The notes below the pieces were generated by a model. That model did not search any database and was not told the origin of the DNA. It saw only the letters and a program-made list of their open reading frames with translations. Below, piece by piece: positions 39,202 through 49,141 of a DNA stretch of 64,000 nucleotides (position 1 is the stretch's first letter; each line of letters starts with the position of its first letter). A program made the position numbers and the translations under genes. This DNA comes from Candidatus Woesearchaeota archaeon (lineage in GTDB: Archaea; Nanobdellota; Nanobdellia; Woesearchaeales; UBA583), in NCBI GenBank assembly GCA_965205335.1, contig OZ242164.1:928001-992000 (forward strand), written 5' to 3'.

Positions 39202-39284
39202 TGTGAGGGAAGGGATTTGAACCCTCGAACCTTACGGACTGGAGCCTAAATCCAGCGCCTTTGACCTGACTTGGCGACCCCCAC
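39202..39284 (-). tRNA. tRNA-Leu(TAG)
   Basis: CTGGA-TTTAGGC-TCCAG anticodon arm, variable arm, GGTTCAAATCC. Confidence 0.95.
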
Positions 39285-39488
39285 AATATAAAACATATTT
39301 TTGAGTATTAAGAAATAACTTAATCTTGTTTAAAAATGTTTTGGGAATATTATTCTATTATCTATCTTGAGAGTATTGCTATATGAATTGAATTCCCTTG
39401 TTGATTATCTTAAATTAATTCCTTTCTTTTTTATTTGAATTGTTGAATAATCATTTAATAGCGCAAGTAGGTGGCAAGTAATTTCAAT

Positions 39489-40013
39489 TCATAATTTTTC
39501 AAGATAGTTTTCTAATTCCAAAGCAAACTTTTTTGCTCTATCTAAAGAAGTTTTTGCTTTTGATATCTTAATCTCTTCAGTAGATTCATACTGCAATTTA
39601 GACCTCTTTATTCTTTCAAAATCATAACTTTCAACTAAATTATTGGAAATCAACAATGCCTCTTCGCTTGCAATCTCATACTCATTTAAAATATAAGTAC
39701 TTAGTTTATCTTTAACTAAAACTATTAACGCATCAGATGTTATTTTATGTGCAATTTTATCTCCTACCTTATATCCTAACTTGTATAACACTGCATTTGC
39801 AAGATAAAACATAGAATAATAACTACTAACTATTACCCACAAACTTGAAGTATTATCTGTGTACAACTTTTGAGCAACATTTAGTGATTCATTATAATTT
39901 CTCATATAAGTTTCAAATATAATTCTCTTAAATTCTTCCTTTCTAATTAAATTTTGATTTAAGTATGATTTATAATTCCCTTTTGCCTCTTTTTCCCTAT
40001 TCTTATCAATCAC
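39489..40013 (-). CDS. HEPN domain protein (UPF0332-like)
   Basis: SYYSMFY.ANA.L, H, RxxxxY (RSKLQY); coupled to the upstream MNT gene. Confidence 0.85.
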   Translation of the reverse strand: MIDKNREKEAKGNYKSYLNQNLIRKEEFKRIIFETYMRNYNESLNVAQKLYTDNTSSLWVIVSSYYSMFYLANAVLYKLGYKVGDKIAHKITSDALIVLVKDKLSTYILNEYEIASEEALLISNNLVESYDFERIKRSKLQYESTEEIKISKAKTSLDRAKKFALELENYLEKL

Positions 40014-40014
40014 T

Positions 40015-40593
40015 TTAATAATACCTTTCTATTAATCTATAATAGTTCTCTATTCCACTAAGAATTATATTATTCTTCACTATCTCTGTTGCAACACTCT
40101 CCCTTTTGGAATTTAACATACTTGAGAATTCTTCAATTGTGAAATCTATAATATGTAAATTTATTGGTAACAATCTCAAGTTCATCTCTATATTTCTGGT
40201 TATTTCCTTATTATCTGAAATAATACATATATCAACATCTGAGTTCTTATTTTGAGTTCCTTTTGCATATGAGCCAAATAACAGAACAATAGAAAAAGGA
40301 TTTTCTATTTTTAAGAGATTTCTGATAATTGCTTTAATGTATTTATTTTTAGATATCTTATCTCTTCTATCATTTTCAACTTTTAATATCAAATCATCAA
40401 ATTTAAATGCAAATTGGATTTGACTTGTATTTCCTAGCTTATTTTGAATTATTAATTTTTTCTCTAACAGTTTCTTTACGTTTGTATGGACTAATTTATA
40501 ATCAGATTTAGCAATTTTGGATAATTCATTAATTGAGTAGGGCTTTTTATTTTCAATTAATATTTTTAGTAGTTTCTCTTGTATGTTTACCAT
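40015..40593 (-). CDS. wHTH + minimal nucleotidyltransferase (MNT)
   Basis: SINELSK..SDYKLVH HTH; LFGSYAKG...SDVD. Confidence 0.88.
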   Translation of the reverse strand: MVNIQEKLLKILIENKKPYSINELSKIAKSDYKLVHTNVKKLLEKKLIIQNKLGNTSQIQFAFKFDDLILKVENDRRDKISKNKYIKAIIRNLLKIENPFSIVLLFGSYAKGTQNKNSDVDICIISDNKEITRNIEMNLRLLPINLHIIDFTIEEFSSMLNSKRESVATEIVKNNIILSGIENYYRLIERYY

Positions 40594-40641
40594 AACATAA
40601 TACTATGTATCTATTAACATATATAAATGTTTACTTTTTGA

Positions 40642-40769
40642 GGCTCTGTCCATAAATTCAAGAGGACTTAAAATATTGAATAAATAAAGTAATTTTTGAC
40701 AAATAATTTCTTTCCTTGATTGAATATAGTTAGCATAGATTTTGGAAAAAACAATTTATGGACAGAGCC
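40642..40769. mobile_element. 128-bp MITE, copy 2 (variant TIR, no TSD)
   Basis: GGCTCTGTCCATAAATT...AATTTATGGACAGAGCC; interior aligns with copies 1 and 3. Confidence 0.9.
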
Positions 40770-40859
40770 CATTAATATATTATAAATAAACTGCTGGTCT
40801 TGTAGTGACAGCATCAATTTTTAAATATATAATCAATTTCATACACACGAAATAGAAAA

Positions 40860-41111
40860 ATGGCAGGAAGAAAACCACTAAATAAAGTTAGAATGAATAT
40901 AAAGATAGACTCTGAGTTAAAGGAAATTTTAGATTCCAAGAAAATAGATAAATCCGCTTATATTAACCAAATTCTGTATAAGGAACTTGTTTTAGAAATT
41001 CATAGAAACCCCTCTCCCCCGTCTCTACTCTCAAATCCCAAATGTTCCGTCGCAGATTTGAACTGCGGACCACTCGATTATCAGTCGAGCATTCTAACCG
41101 GACTGAACTAA
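40860..41111 (+). CDS. Small ribbon-helix-helix protein; 3' end runs antisense into tRNA-Ile
   Basis: MAGRKP..KVRMNIKIDSELKEILD.KKIDKSAYINQIL (beta strand + two helices); TTTAAATA upstream. Confidence 0.6.
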   Translation: MAGRKPLNKVRMNIKIDSELKEILDSKKIDKSAYINQILYKELVLEIHRNPSPPSLLSNPKCSVADLNCGPLDYQSSILTGLN

Positions 41112-41117
41112 CGGAAC
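41043..41117 (-). tRNA. tRNA-Ile(GAT)
   Basis: GTTCCGT/ACGGAAC stem, CTCGA-CTGATAA-TCGAG. Confidence 0.95.
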
Positions 41118-41162
41118 ATTGCAAAAAATTGTTAGGGGAATTCTTATGAAATATTCCCCTAG

Positions 41163-41235
41163 CGCCTCATGCAGGACTCGAACCTGCGACCCCACGGTTA
41201 ACAGCCGTGTGCTCTACCTGCTGAGCTAATGAGGC
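41163..41235 (-). tRNA. tRNA-Asn(GTT)
   Basis: GCCTCAT/ATGAGGC stem, CACGG-CTGTTAA-CCGTG. Confidence 0.95.
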
Positions 41236-41289
41236 ATACCAAAAAGAAAGCAGATTATTTTATAAAGTTTTTCTTCTTATATAAATATA

Positions 41290-42021
41290 ATGATAACAAA
41301 AGTTGATAACATAATTTTACTGGGCACATCACATGTTGCAACGCAGTCAGTAGAAGAAATAAAACAAGCCATTGAAAAATACAAACCAGAAGTTGTTGCA
41401 ATTGAACTAGACTATACAAGACTCAAATCTCTACTATCAAAAAATCCATCAAAAATGAAATCATCTATATTCACCTTATCAAAAGAATACGGATTTACAG
41501 GAGCACTATTTGCTAAACTTGCTCATTACGTCCAGCAAAGTGTCGGAAAAAATTTAAACATAGACCCTGGAGTTGATATGAAAACAGCATACGAAATTGC
41601 AAGAGAAAAAAAGATACCAACAGCTCTTATTGACCAGCACATTAAAATAACACTAAAAAAATTCTCAGACCTTCCATTTAGAAGAAAAATCTCTATGCTT
41701 GCAGGCATAGTAAAAAGCGGATTTAAAAAAGAAAACAAAAAATACCTAAACTTAAATATTGTTGATGGAGTACCCAATGAAAAAGCCATATCCAAGATGC
41801 TTGAAATTGTAGAAAAAGAAGTTAAAGATTTATACACAATTCTAATTGATGACAGAAACCATGTAATGTCAGACAAACTAATAAAGCTAAGAGAAAAACA
41901 CCAAACAGGTGACATATTAGCAGTTGTTGGAGCAGGACATGTTAAAGGAATGAAAAAAATACTAAAAGAAAAAATTGCTTTGGGAAACTCATTTAATTAC
42001 TCATTTACTGTAGAAATTTAA
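41290..42021 (+). CDS. TraB/PrgY (pheromone-shutdown) family protein
   Basis: LLGTSHV, VAIELD..R, PGVDM, LIDDRN..M, AVVGAGHV.G. Confidence 0.9.
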   Translation: MITKVDNIILLGTSHVATQSVEEIKQAIEKYKPEVVAIELDYTRLKSLLSKNPSKMKSSIFTLSKEYGFTGALFAKLAHYVQQSVGKNLNIDPGVDMKTAYEIAREKKIPTALIDQHIKITLKKFSDLPFRRKISMLAGIVKSGFKKENKKYLNLNIVDGVPNEKAISKMLEIVEKEVKDLYTILIDDRNHVMSDKLIKLREKHQTGDILAVVGAGHVKGMKKILKEKIALGNSFNYSFTVEI

Positions 42022-42114
42022 CTCAGAATTAACTTGATTAAAGAGACCAGAGATAATAGCAATTAACTTTTTCGATTTCAAAACTCAAAATAATTATTAA
42101 ACAAGTCTTAACAC

Positions 42115-42232
42115 CTACATAAATTTTATAAAGTTCTAAGATTTTCTTCTACTTGTACAAAAGAATGGTTAAGGAAAATAGAAAAATTGGCACAATTTTA
42201 AGAGTTAGCGGACCTGTAGTTGAGGCGATGGG
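42115..42232 (+). repeat. Duplicated atpA promoter and first ~22 codons (other copy 42903-43020)
   Basis: 118-bp ungapped alignment with about 17 mismatches and a 30-bp identical core AATTTTAAGAGTTAGCGGACCTGTAGTTGA. Confidence 0.9.
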
Positions 42233-42303
42233 CCAGGCCTTGCCAAACCGCTGGCGACTTGATTATAGTGTGCTAACGTCGTTCAACAGACAAGGTGCAG
42301 AAT

Positions 42304-42798
42304 ATGACTAACAACTCTTCCACATGCCTATTGATAGTTGATGTCCAAAAAGGCTTTATAAATAACTTTACTAGTCATATTCCTGCTCTAGTGCAACGGC
42401 TACAATATGACTACGATCATGTGTTTGTGACGCGGTTCTACAACGATAATCCCTCCATGTTTAGATCCTTAATGAACTGGCATGAATTTGGAAAGGACTC
42501 GGTCGATTTCCCTTTAGCTTTTGCCCCTAAGTCAACCGCCTCCATAATTGACAAGACAGTTTATACATGTGTCACCAAGGACTTCTTAATGAAATTAAGA
42601 GTTCGAAATATTACCTGCGTTGATATATGTGGAATCAACACAGATGTTTGTGTCATAAAGTGTGCTGTGGATCTTTTTGAGAGCGGCATTAAGTCCAACG
42701 TTCTGAAGGATTATTGTGGCAGCGAGGCAGGTTCACGTATGCACAAGTTAGGTCTAACTATCCTAAAGGGATATATTGGGGACAATCAAGTCAAATGA
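42304..42798 (+). CDS. Isochorismatase-like cysteine hydrolase
   Basis: LLIVDVQKGF, DK..Y, GINTDVCV (D-K-C triad); GC about 40% by hand count, above the surroundings. Confidence 0.88.
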   Translation: MTNNSSTCLLIVDVQKGFINNFTSHIPALVQRLQYDYDHVFVTRFYNDNPSMFRSLMNWHEFGKDSVDFPLAFAPKSTASIIDKTVYTCVTKDFLMKLRVRNITCVDICGINTDVCVIKCAVDLFESGIKSNVLKDYCGSEAGSRMHKLGLTILKGYIGDNQVK

Positions 42799-42952
42799 CC
42801 AATATCTACACTGTTTCCATTGTTCCAAGTTCTTCATTTCGGACGTCGCTGAGGCAGTAGAATAGTTTCAGAATATGATTTATTCACAAAATTATACTAT
42901 ATCTACATAAATTTTATAAAGTCCTAAAATTTTCTTCCACTTATAAAAAAGA

Positions 42953-44704
42953 ATGGCAGGAAAAGATAGGAAAATTGGCAGAATTTTAAGAGTTAGCGGA
43001 CCTGTAGTTGAAGCGACAGGGATTTTAGTTAAAATGTCTGATATTGTCCGTGTTGGAAATGAAGCCCTTATGGGAGAAGTTATCAAAATTGAAGAAGAAT
43101 CATTTATCATTCAGGTCTATGAAAATACAATAGGAGTCAAACCAGATGAACCGGTAACCAGTACAGAATTACCATTATCTGTTGAATTAGGACCAGGACT
43201 TTTAGGTTCAATTTACGATGGAATTCAAAGACCTCTTGAAGTTCTTGAAAATGAAATGGGTCACTTCATAAAAAGAGGAGTTAATGCAAATGGAATTGAC
43301 CACCAAAAAAAATGGAAGTTCACTCTAAAAGTTAAAACAGGAGACAAATTAGAAGAAGGAGCAATAATTGGAACTGTCCCGGAATATGACTTTACTCACA
43401 AAATTATGCTTCCAAACGGAGTATCAGGAAAAGTTACCCAAATCAAATCAGGAGAATTCTGTGTTGATGAAATAATTGGAAAATTACAAGATGGAACCGA
43501 ATTAAAACTATCCCACTTCCAGCCAGTAAGATCCCCAAGAGCATTTAAAGAAAAATTAGTTCCAGCAATCCCACTAAAAACAGGACAGAGAGTATATGAT
43601 GTATTCTTCCCAGTTGCAAAAGGTGGAGTTGCCGCTCTTCCAGGTCCTTTTGGGGCAGGCAAAACAGTAACACAACAATCAATCGCCAAATGGTCTGATG
43701 CTGACATAGTAGTGTATGTAGGTTGCGGAGAGAGAGGAAATGAAATGACAGAAGTATTAACAGAATTCCCTCATCTAATTGACCCAAAATCAGGAAAACC
43801 AATGATGGAAAGAACAGTTCTAATTGCAAACACATCAAACATGCCCGTTGCCGCAAGAGAAGCATCAATTTACGTGGGAATTACAATTGCGGAATATTAC
43901 AGAGACCAAGGATATCACGTAGCCCTTATGGCAGATAGCACATCAAGATGGGCTGAGGCTATGCGAGAAATCTCATCAAGACTTGAAGAAATGCCCGGAG
44001 AGGAAGGATACCCAGCATACCTCTCAACCAAACTTGCAAACTTCTATGAAAGAGCAGGACTTGTTACAACGCTAAATGGAGAATCAGGTTCAGTTACAGC
44101 AATTGGGGCAGTATCTCCTGCAGGAGGTGATTTCTCAGAACCAGTTACCCAAAACACACTAAGAGTTGCCAAATGCTTTTGGGCACTTGATGCAAAACTT
44201 GCTGAAAAAAGACATTATTGGTCAATTAACTGGCTGAACTCATACTCATTATATCACGAATCCCTAAGAGAATTCTTCAAGAAAAACATAGACAAAAACT
44301 GGGAGGCGAAAGTTAGCGAACTTATGAACATCCTGCAAGAAGAAGACTCCCTAATGGAAATTGTTCAATTAGTGGGCTCAGACTCTCTGCCAGAGGACCA
44401 GCAGGTAACCCTTGAAGTTGCAAGACTAATTAGAGAAGAATTACTGCAACAAAATGCTTTCCATGACGTAGACAGATACTGCCCTTTACCTAAAGCAAAT
44501 GACTTAATGGATTTAGTTCTGCTATTTAAAGAGATTTCTCAAGAAGCTTTAAAAGCAGGGGTTGGAGCAAGAGAAATAATAGAATCCAAAGGAAAATATG
44601 AAATTTCAGCAATTAGAATGGAAAAAGACTATGAAAAACTTCTTCCAAAAGTAAGAGAGCAAATGCAATCTGAAATGGGGGGAATAATTAAGAGGTATGC
44701 GTAA
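42953..44704 (+). CDS. atpA: A/V-type ATP synthase subunit A
   Basis: [47 protein letters not shown]. Confidence 0.97.
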   Translation: MAGKDRKIGRILRVSGPVVEATGILVKMSDIVRVGNEALMGEVIKIEEESFIIQVYENTIGVKPDEPVTSTELPLSVELGPGLLGSIYDGIQRPLEVLENEMGHFIKRGVNANGIDHQKKWKFTLKVKTGDKLEEGAIIGTVPEYDFTHKIMLPNGVSGKVTQIKSGEFCVDEIIGKLQDGTELKLSHFQPVRSPRAFKEKLVPAIPLKTGQRVYDVFFPVAKGGVAALPGPFGAGKTVTQQSIAKWSDADIVVYVGCGERGNEMTEVLTEFPHLIDPKSGKPMMERTVLIANTSNMPVAAREASIYVGITIAEYYRDQGYHVALMADSTSRWAEAMREISSRLEEMPGEEGYPAYLSTKLANFYERAGLVTTLNGESGSVTAIGAVSPAGGDFSEPVTQNTLRVAKCFWALDAKLAEKRHYWSINWLNSYSLYHESLREFFKKNIDKNWEAKVSELMNILQEEDSLMEIVQLVGSDSLPEDQQVTLEVARLIREELLQQNAFHDVDRYCPLPKANDLMDLVLLFKEISQEALKAGVGAREIIESKGKYEISAIRMEKDYEKLLPKVREQMQSEMGGIIKRYA

Positions 44705-44705
44705 A

Positions 44706-46067
44706 ATGGCAGTTAAAAAAGAATACAGAACAATCAGTAAAATAGCAGGACCTTTGATTTATGTAAGAAAAACACATCCTGTTGGATATGGAGAATTAGT
44801 TGAAGTCAAAATAGGAAATGAAAAAAAGTTCGGACAGGTTCTAGAAACAGACAGTGAAGTTGTAGTAGTTCAATTATTTGAAGGAACATCTGGTGTAAAT
44901 AAAGAAGCATCTGTTAAATTTCTCGATGAACCTATTACATTAAAATTAGATGAAACAATCAAAGGCAGAGTTCTTACAGGAATGGGAACTCCCATTGATA
45001 GCGGACTGGAATTGGTTGGTAAAAAATATGAAATTGGAGGAGCAGCAATTAATCCATATTCAAGAGGACTCCCAAACAATTTCATTCAGACAGGAATCAG
45101 TGCAATTGATTTAATGACAACTCTTGTTCGTGGCCAAAAACTACCTATCTTCTCAGGTTCAGGATTAAGCCATAACGACTTGGCTCTTCAGATTGCAAGA
45201 CAGGCAAAAGTAGTTGGGGAAAAATCAGAATTCCTTGTAGTATTTGCGGCAATGGGAATTACAAATGAAGAAGCCTTAAAATTCCAGAAATCATTTGAAG
45301 AATCAGGTGCAATTGATAACGCAGTATTATTTATTAACAAAGCAGATGACCCATCTGTTGAAAGACTTGTAACCCCAAGAATTGCATTAACAGTTGCTGA
45401 ATATTTTGCCTTTGAAAGAGATGCACACGTACTTGTAATACTTACTGATGTCACAAATTATTGTGAAGCCCTAAGAGAAATTGGAGCGGCAAGAGAAGAA
45501 ATTCCTGGAAGACGTGGATACCCGGGTTACATGTACACAGACTTAGCTGAATTATACGAAAGAGCAGGAATGGTTAAAGGAAGAAAAGGCTCTGTAACTC
45601 AACTCCCAATTCTGACAATGCCAGGAGATGATAAAACTCATCCAATCCCGGACCTTACAGGATATATAACAGAAGGGCAGGTTCAATTGGGAAGAGACTT
45701 GCATCACAAAAACATCTACCCATCAATTGATGTACTTCCGTCACTTTCAAGACTTATGGGCTTGGGAACAGGTGAAGGCAAAACAAGAGAAGACCACAAA
45801 AAAGTAGCAGACCAGATATTTTCCCTATATGCCGAAGGAAGAGATTTAAGAGGACTTGTTGCAATAGTAGGTGAAGAAGCCTTATCAGACAGAGACAAAA
45901 GAAAACTTAAATTCACATCAGAATTTGAAAATAAATTTCTAACACAAGACCTAAGCGAAAACAGAAGTTTCAAGCAGACAATGGATATTGCATGGGAAAT
46001 ATTAAGAACCATCCCTCAGGAAGAACTTACAAAAATAGATAAAAAACTAAGAGACAAATACTATTAA
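44706..46067 (+). CDS. atpB: A/V-type ATP synthase subunit B
   Basis: [46 protein letters not shown]. Confidence 0.97.
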   Translation: MAVKKEYRTISKIAGPLIYVRKTHPVGYGELVEVKIGNEKKFGQVLETDSEVVVVQLFEGTSGVNKEASVKFLDEPITLKLDETIKGRVLTGMGTPIDSGLELVGKKYEIGGAAINPYSRGLPNNFIQTGISAIDLMTTLVRGQKLPIFSGSGLSHNDLALQIARQAKVVGEKSEFLVVFAAMGITNEEALKFQKSFEESGAIDNAVLFINKADDPSVERLVTPRIALTVAEYFAFERDAHVLVILTDVTNYCEALREIGAAREEIPGRRGYPGYMYTDLAELYERAGMVKGRKGSVTQLPILTMPGDDKTHPIPDLTGYITEGQVQLGRDLHHKNIYPSIDVLPSLSRLMGLGTGEGKTREDHKKVADQIFSLYAEGRDLRGLVAIVGEEALSDRDKRKLKFTSEFENKFLTQDLSENRSFKQTMDIAWEILRTIPQEELTKIDKKLRDKYY

Positions 46068-46085
46068 TAACTCACCTAAATAAAT

Positions 46086-46718
46086 ATGGCAAAAACTATT
46101 AGTCCGAACCGTTCAGAATTAATCAGGCTTAAAAACAAAGTCAAAACAGCATCCAAAGGACACAAACTTCTAAAAAAGAAAAGAGATGGATTAGTTATAG
46201 ATTTCTTCAAATTACTTGAAAATGCAAAAGACATAAGATCTGAAATGATTGAGAATTTCAATACTGCAAAACAATCTCTAAAAAGAACCAGAATTCTCTC
46301 ATACGACTTAGAATTAAAACTATATTCCAAGACAACAAAGGGCAGAAATTTAATAGATTTCCAGTCAAAAAACATAATGGGTCTTTCAGTTCCCCGGATT
46401 AAATCAGAATTCAAGAAAAGAGAATTAATTGAAAGAAACAGAACAGTTTACTCATCTTTTACAATGGATGACACAGTTAAAAAATATGAAGAATTAGTAA
46501 ACAAAATAATTATAACAGCTGAGGTTGAGACTACAATGATTAGATTATTAAATGAGATTGAGAAAACCAAAAGAAGAGTAAACGGTTTAGAATTCAATAT
46601 TATACCTCAACTTAGAAAAGCCGAATCTTTTGTTGCATTATCACTTGAAGAAATGGAAAGAGGTAACACAATCAGGTTAAAAAAAATCAAGGCAAAATTA
46701 GATAGGATAGAAAAATAA
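46086..46718 (+). CDS. atpD: A/V-type ATP synthase subunit D
   Basis: GHKLLKKKRDGL, EIEKTKRRVNGLEFNIIP. Confidence 0.95.
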   Translation: MAKTISPNRSELIRLKNKVKTASKGHKLLKKKRDGLVIDFFKLLENAKDIRSEMIENFNTAKQSLKRTRILSYDLELKLYSKTTKGRNLIDFQSKNIMGLSVPRIKSEFKKRELIERNRTVYSSFTMDDTVKKYEELVNKIIITAEVETTMIRLLNEIEKTKRRVNGLEFNIIPQLRKAESFVALSLEEMERGNTIRLKKIKAKLDRIEK

Positions 46719-46815
46719 TATTAAAATTTCTAAATTTTGATTTACCATAGACTTCATAAGTTGCGTCTTATATTCACAAGCTTTATAAATTTTGTAGTAT
46801 TACTTATTAATTACA

Positions 46816-47349
46816 ATGATTGATATTAAGGAACTTAAAGATAATCCAAGGCTATTCTATGTATTTGAGAGATTGACTTCTTACATTGCCCCTGATTTCA
46901 ATGATGAAAAGAAGAGGAATATGAATTATTGGGATTACTTACAAGAATTTGCCACACATAATAGGTTAAATGAGGAATTGTTCAGAAATAGTGCAAGAAT
47001 GCGGATAATTAATAACTTGACATTTATTACAGTAAATACGAGATTAGTAGTATATGAAAGACTTGAAAATATTCTATATCTAATATCGAAGATTTCCAAT
47101 GAGGAAGATGTTATATCCTATTTAAATGAACAAGAAAAGTGTGCTCTTGATTTACCTAATATGACTTCTAATGAATTCTTTAATATTAGAAGAGATGAAA
47201 TAATGACGGATAATGATGGGAGAATCATAAGATTGTATGAGCATCGAGGATGTTTTGGTAGATATTTTATTTCACGTAAATCTAATCAACGTCCTATTAA
47301 CAAACCAACTCCTAAAATTAATCCCAAATCTTTGCGCTCTTTAGACTGA
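46816..47349 (+). CDS. Hypothetical protein
   Basis: 177-aa ORF with TTTATAAA upstream. Confidence 0.55.
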   Translation: MIDIKELKDNPRLFYVFERLTSYIAPDFNDEKKRNMNYWDYLQEFATHNRLNEELFRNSARMRIINNLTFITVNTRLVVYERLENILYLISKISNEEDVISYLNEQEKCALDLPNMTSNEFFNIRRDEIMTDNDGRIIRLYEHRGCFGRYFISRKSNQRPINKPTPKINPKSLRSLD

Positions 47350-47767
47350 ACTTAGCAAACTGAAATTCTAATATATTATAAATCCCAATAACTATAATTA
47401 TATAATTGATACTAAAAATCTCAAGAATTATTGAACATGCATAAACAGATGGGATAAGCAAAAAATTACAGATTATCATTTTATGCTGTTTCCAGCATCT
47501 TGTCTGTCTAAATACAAAAGAATAAAAATAAATAATAAACCCAGAATTTATAGCAAATAATACCCAGACCCATTTTAAAAGAAGGGCTGTTTTAAGAAAT
47601 ACATACTCTGAAAACAAGAAAATAATTCCAATAATAACATATAAAAAAGGTTTATATTTATGATATATCCTATTATGCTTATCCTTATTACTTCTGTGGA
47701 TTTTAAACCCAATAAATAAAGTTACAATATATATTAAAAGTTCTAATGCTAAAAAATAATTAAACAC
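47318..47767 (-). CDS. Hypothetical multi-pass membrane protein
   Basis: About 5 hydrophobic segments; GTG start with a TATA box upstream. Confidence 0.55.
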   Translation of the reverse strand: MFNYFLALELLIYIVTLFIGFKIHRSNKDKHNRIYHKYKPFLYVIIGIIFLFSEYVFLKTALLLKWVWVLFAINSGFIIYFYSFVFRQTRCWKQHKMIICNFLLIPSVYACSIILEIFSINYIIIVIGIYNILEFQFAKFSLKSAKIWD

Positions 47768-47816
47768 ATAGAATTTCTAATTTAGACATTTATAAATCTT
47801 ATCACATATTTTTTTA

Positions 47817-48738
47817 TGTGTAATCAAGTAGCATATGCTACCAATCAATTTTATTGAAGACTTCAGCAGGAGTTTTCTGATGAAGGCTAAAATGAGGTCT
47901 AAATTGATTGTAATTAAAACGAAATAACTCTAAATCATTATTATAAAAAGAGCATTCACTTTTAATAGTACCAAAAAGTCTTTCGACTTTTCCATTCGTT
48001 TGAGGTCTTTTGACCTTTGTACGAATGTGTTTAAGATTTCTTCTTCTACACCAAACATCAAATTTTGAATACTTTGATTTCCCGCCATAGGGACTTCCAT
48101 TATCACTAATTATCTGTTTGGGAGTTCCAAACTGGGAAATCAAAGTATCTAAGAACTGCGTAACTACAAATGTGGTGACTGTTGGAACATGTAAAATACC
48201 TAAGCAGTAACGTGAACAGTCATCAATTACTGCAATTACTTTACCTGATTCACCAAACTCACTATCATCAATATGCCATAGAGAGTTTGGATTTTCACGT
48301 TCGAAACGAACGTATTTAGCTCTTTGCCCACGATTATGTTCTTTACGAGTTAAACCATTACATTTTAGAACTTTATTGATTGTAGTATGAGATAATTGAA
48401 CAGATTTAATCTTTTGCTTTAGCTTTAGTGCTCCAACCAGTTTTATTACGTAACTCAATTATCTCTTTTTCAGCTTCTTGAGTTACTTTGTAATAAACTT
48501 TATTAGGGATTTTAGATTTGTCTTGAAAATTCCAAATTCCATCATTAAATCGTTTATACCAACGCTTTAATGTTGAAATATGAAAAGTTCTACTGAACTT
48601 TTTCTCTAAAAGTATTTGACATTTAGAGTACGAATACTTACATTTTAACTTTATGAATTCACGGCGTAAATGTTCTTTTTTCATAAAAATTAGAAAAATT
48701 CTAATTTTATATGGTAGCATATGCTACTTTACTGCACA
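47817..48738 (-). mobile_element. IS481-family element (copy B), frameshifted transposase
   Basis: TGT...ACA ends, imperfect 27-bp TIR containing GTAGCATATGCTAC; 15-bp TSD TCACATATTTTTTTA (47802-47816, 48739-48753). Confidence 0.93.
47838..48684 (-). pseudogene. IS481 transposase split by a 2-bp deletion at about 48433
   Basis: CTCCAACC here versus CTCCCCAACC in copy C; N- and C-terminal halves are in different frames. Confidence 0.85.
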
Positions 48739-48804
48739 TCACATATTTTTTTAACTGTGGAGTAAAAGAAAACTTTATAAATTCTAAACATCAACAAGAT
48801 TATT

Positions 48805-49098
48805 ATGAGATTATTAGAAAATCAAAAGAGAGGGCAAGGTTTACCTTTAAACGTAATAGTCGTTGCAATTCTTGTAATCATTGTATTAGTTATAATTGTT
48901 TTATTTTTTGTAACGAAATTTGGTGAACAAGGTAAGAAGGTAGATGAGACAAGTAAATATGTCTACGACAATTGTGATAAGGAAAAGAATCCTTTAATTG
49001 GTAGTATTTATTCTGAAGTTAGTTTTTTTAGGAATGGGAATTGTGATGGTAGGGAACATAAGAAAATTCCAGGAACAAATTGTTGTGGAAAAATATAA
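48805..49098 (+). CDS. Small pilin-like protein (class III signal peptide)
   Basis: KRGQ|GLPLNVIVVAILVIIVLVIIVLFF; C-terminal cysteines. Confidence 0.8.
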   Translation: MRLLENQKRGQGLPLNVIVVAILVIIVLVIIVLFFVTKFGEQGKKVDETSKYVYDNCDKEKNPLIGSIYSEVSFFRNGNCDGREHKKIPGTNCCGKI

Positions 49099-49141
49099 AA
49101 ATCCTTTTTACAATTTTTTTTACTTAAGTAATAATTAAAAC

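Noticed and set aside
41133-41161. Hairpin TAGGGGAAT...ATTCCCCTA between tRNA-Asn and tRNA-Ile
   Set aside because: A real inverted repeat, but most likely an ordinary spacer or processing structure; no function can be supported
42233-42300. Integron attC-like site around the isochorismatase gene
   Set aside because: GCTAAC/GTTCAAC boxes are present but there is no convincing long imperfect palindrome and no integrase
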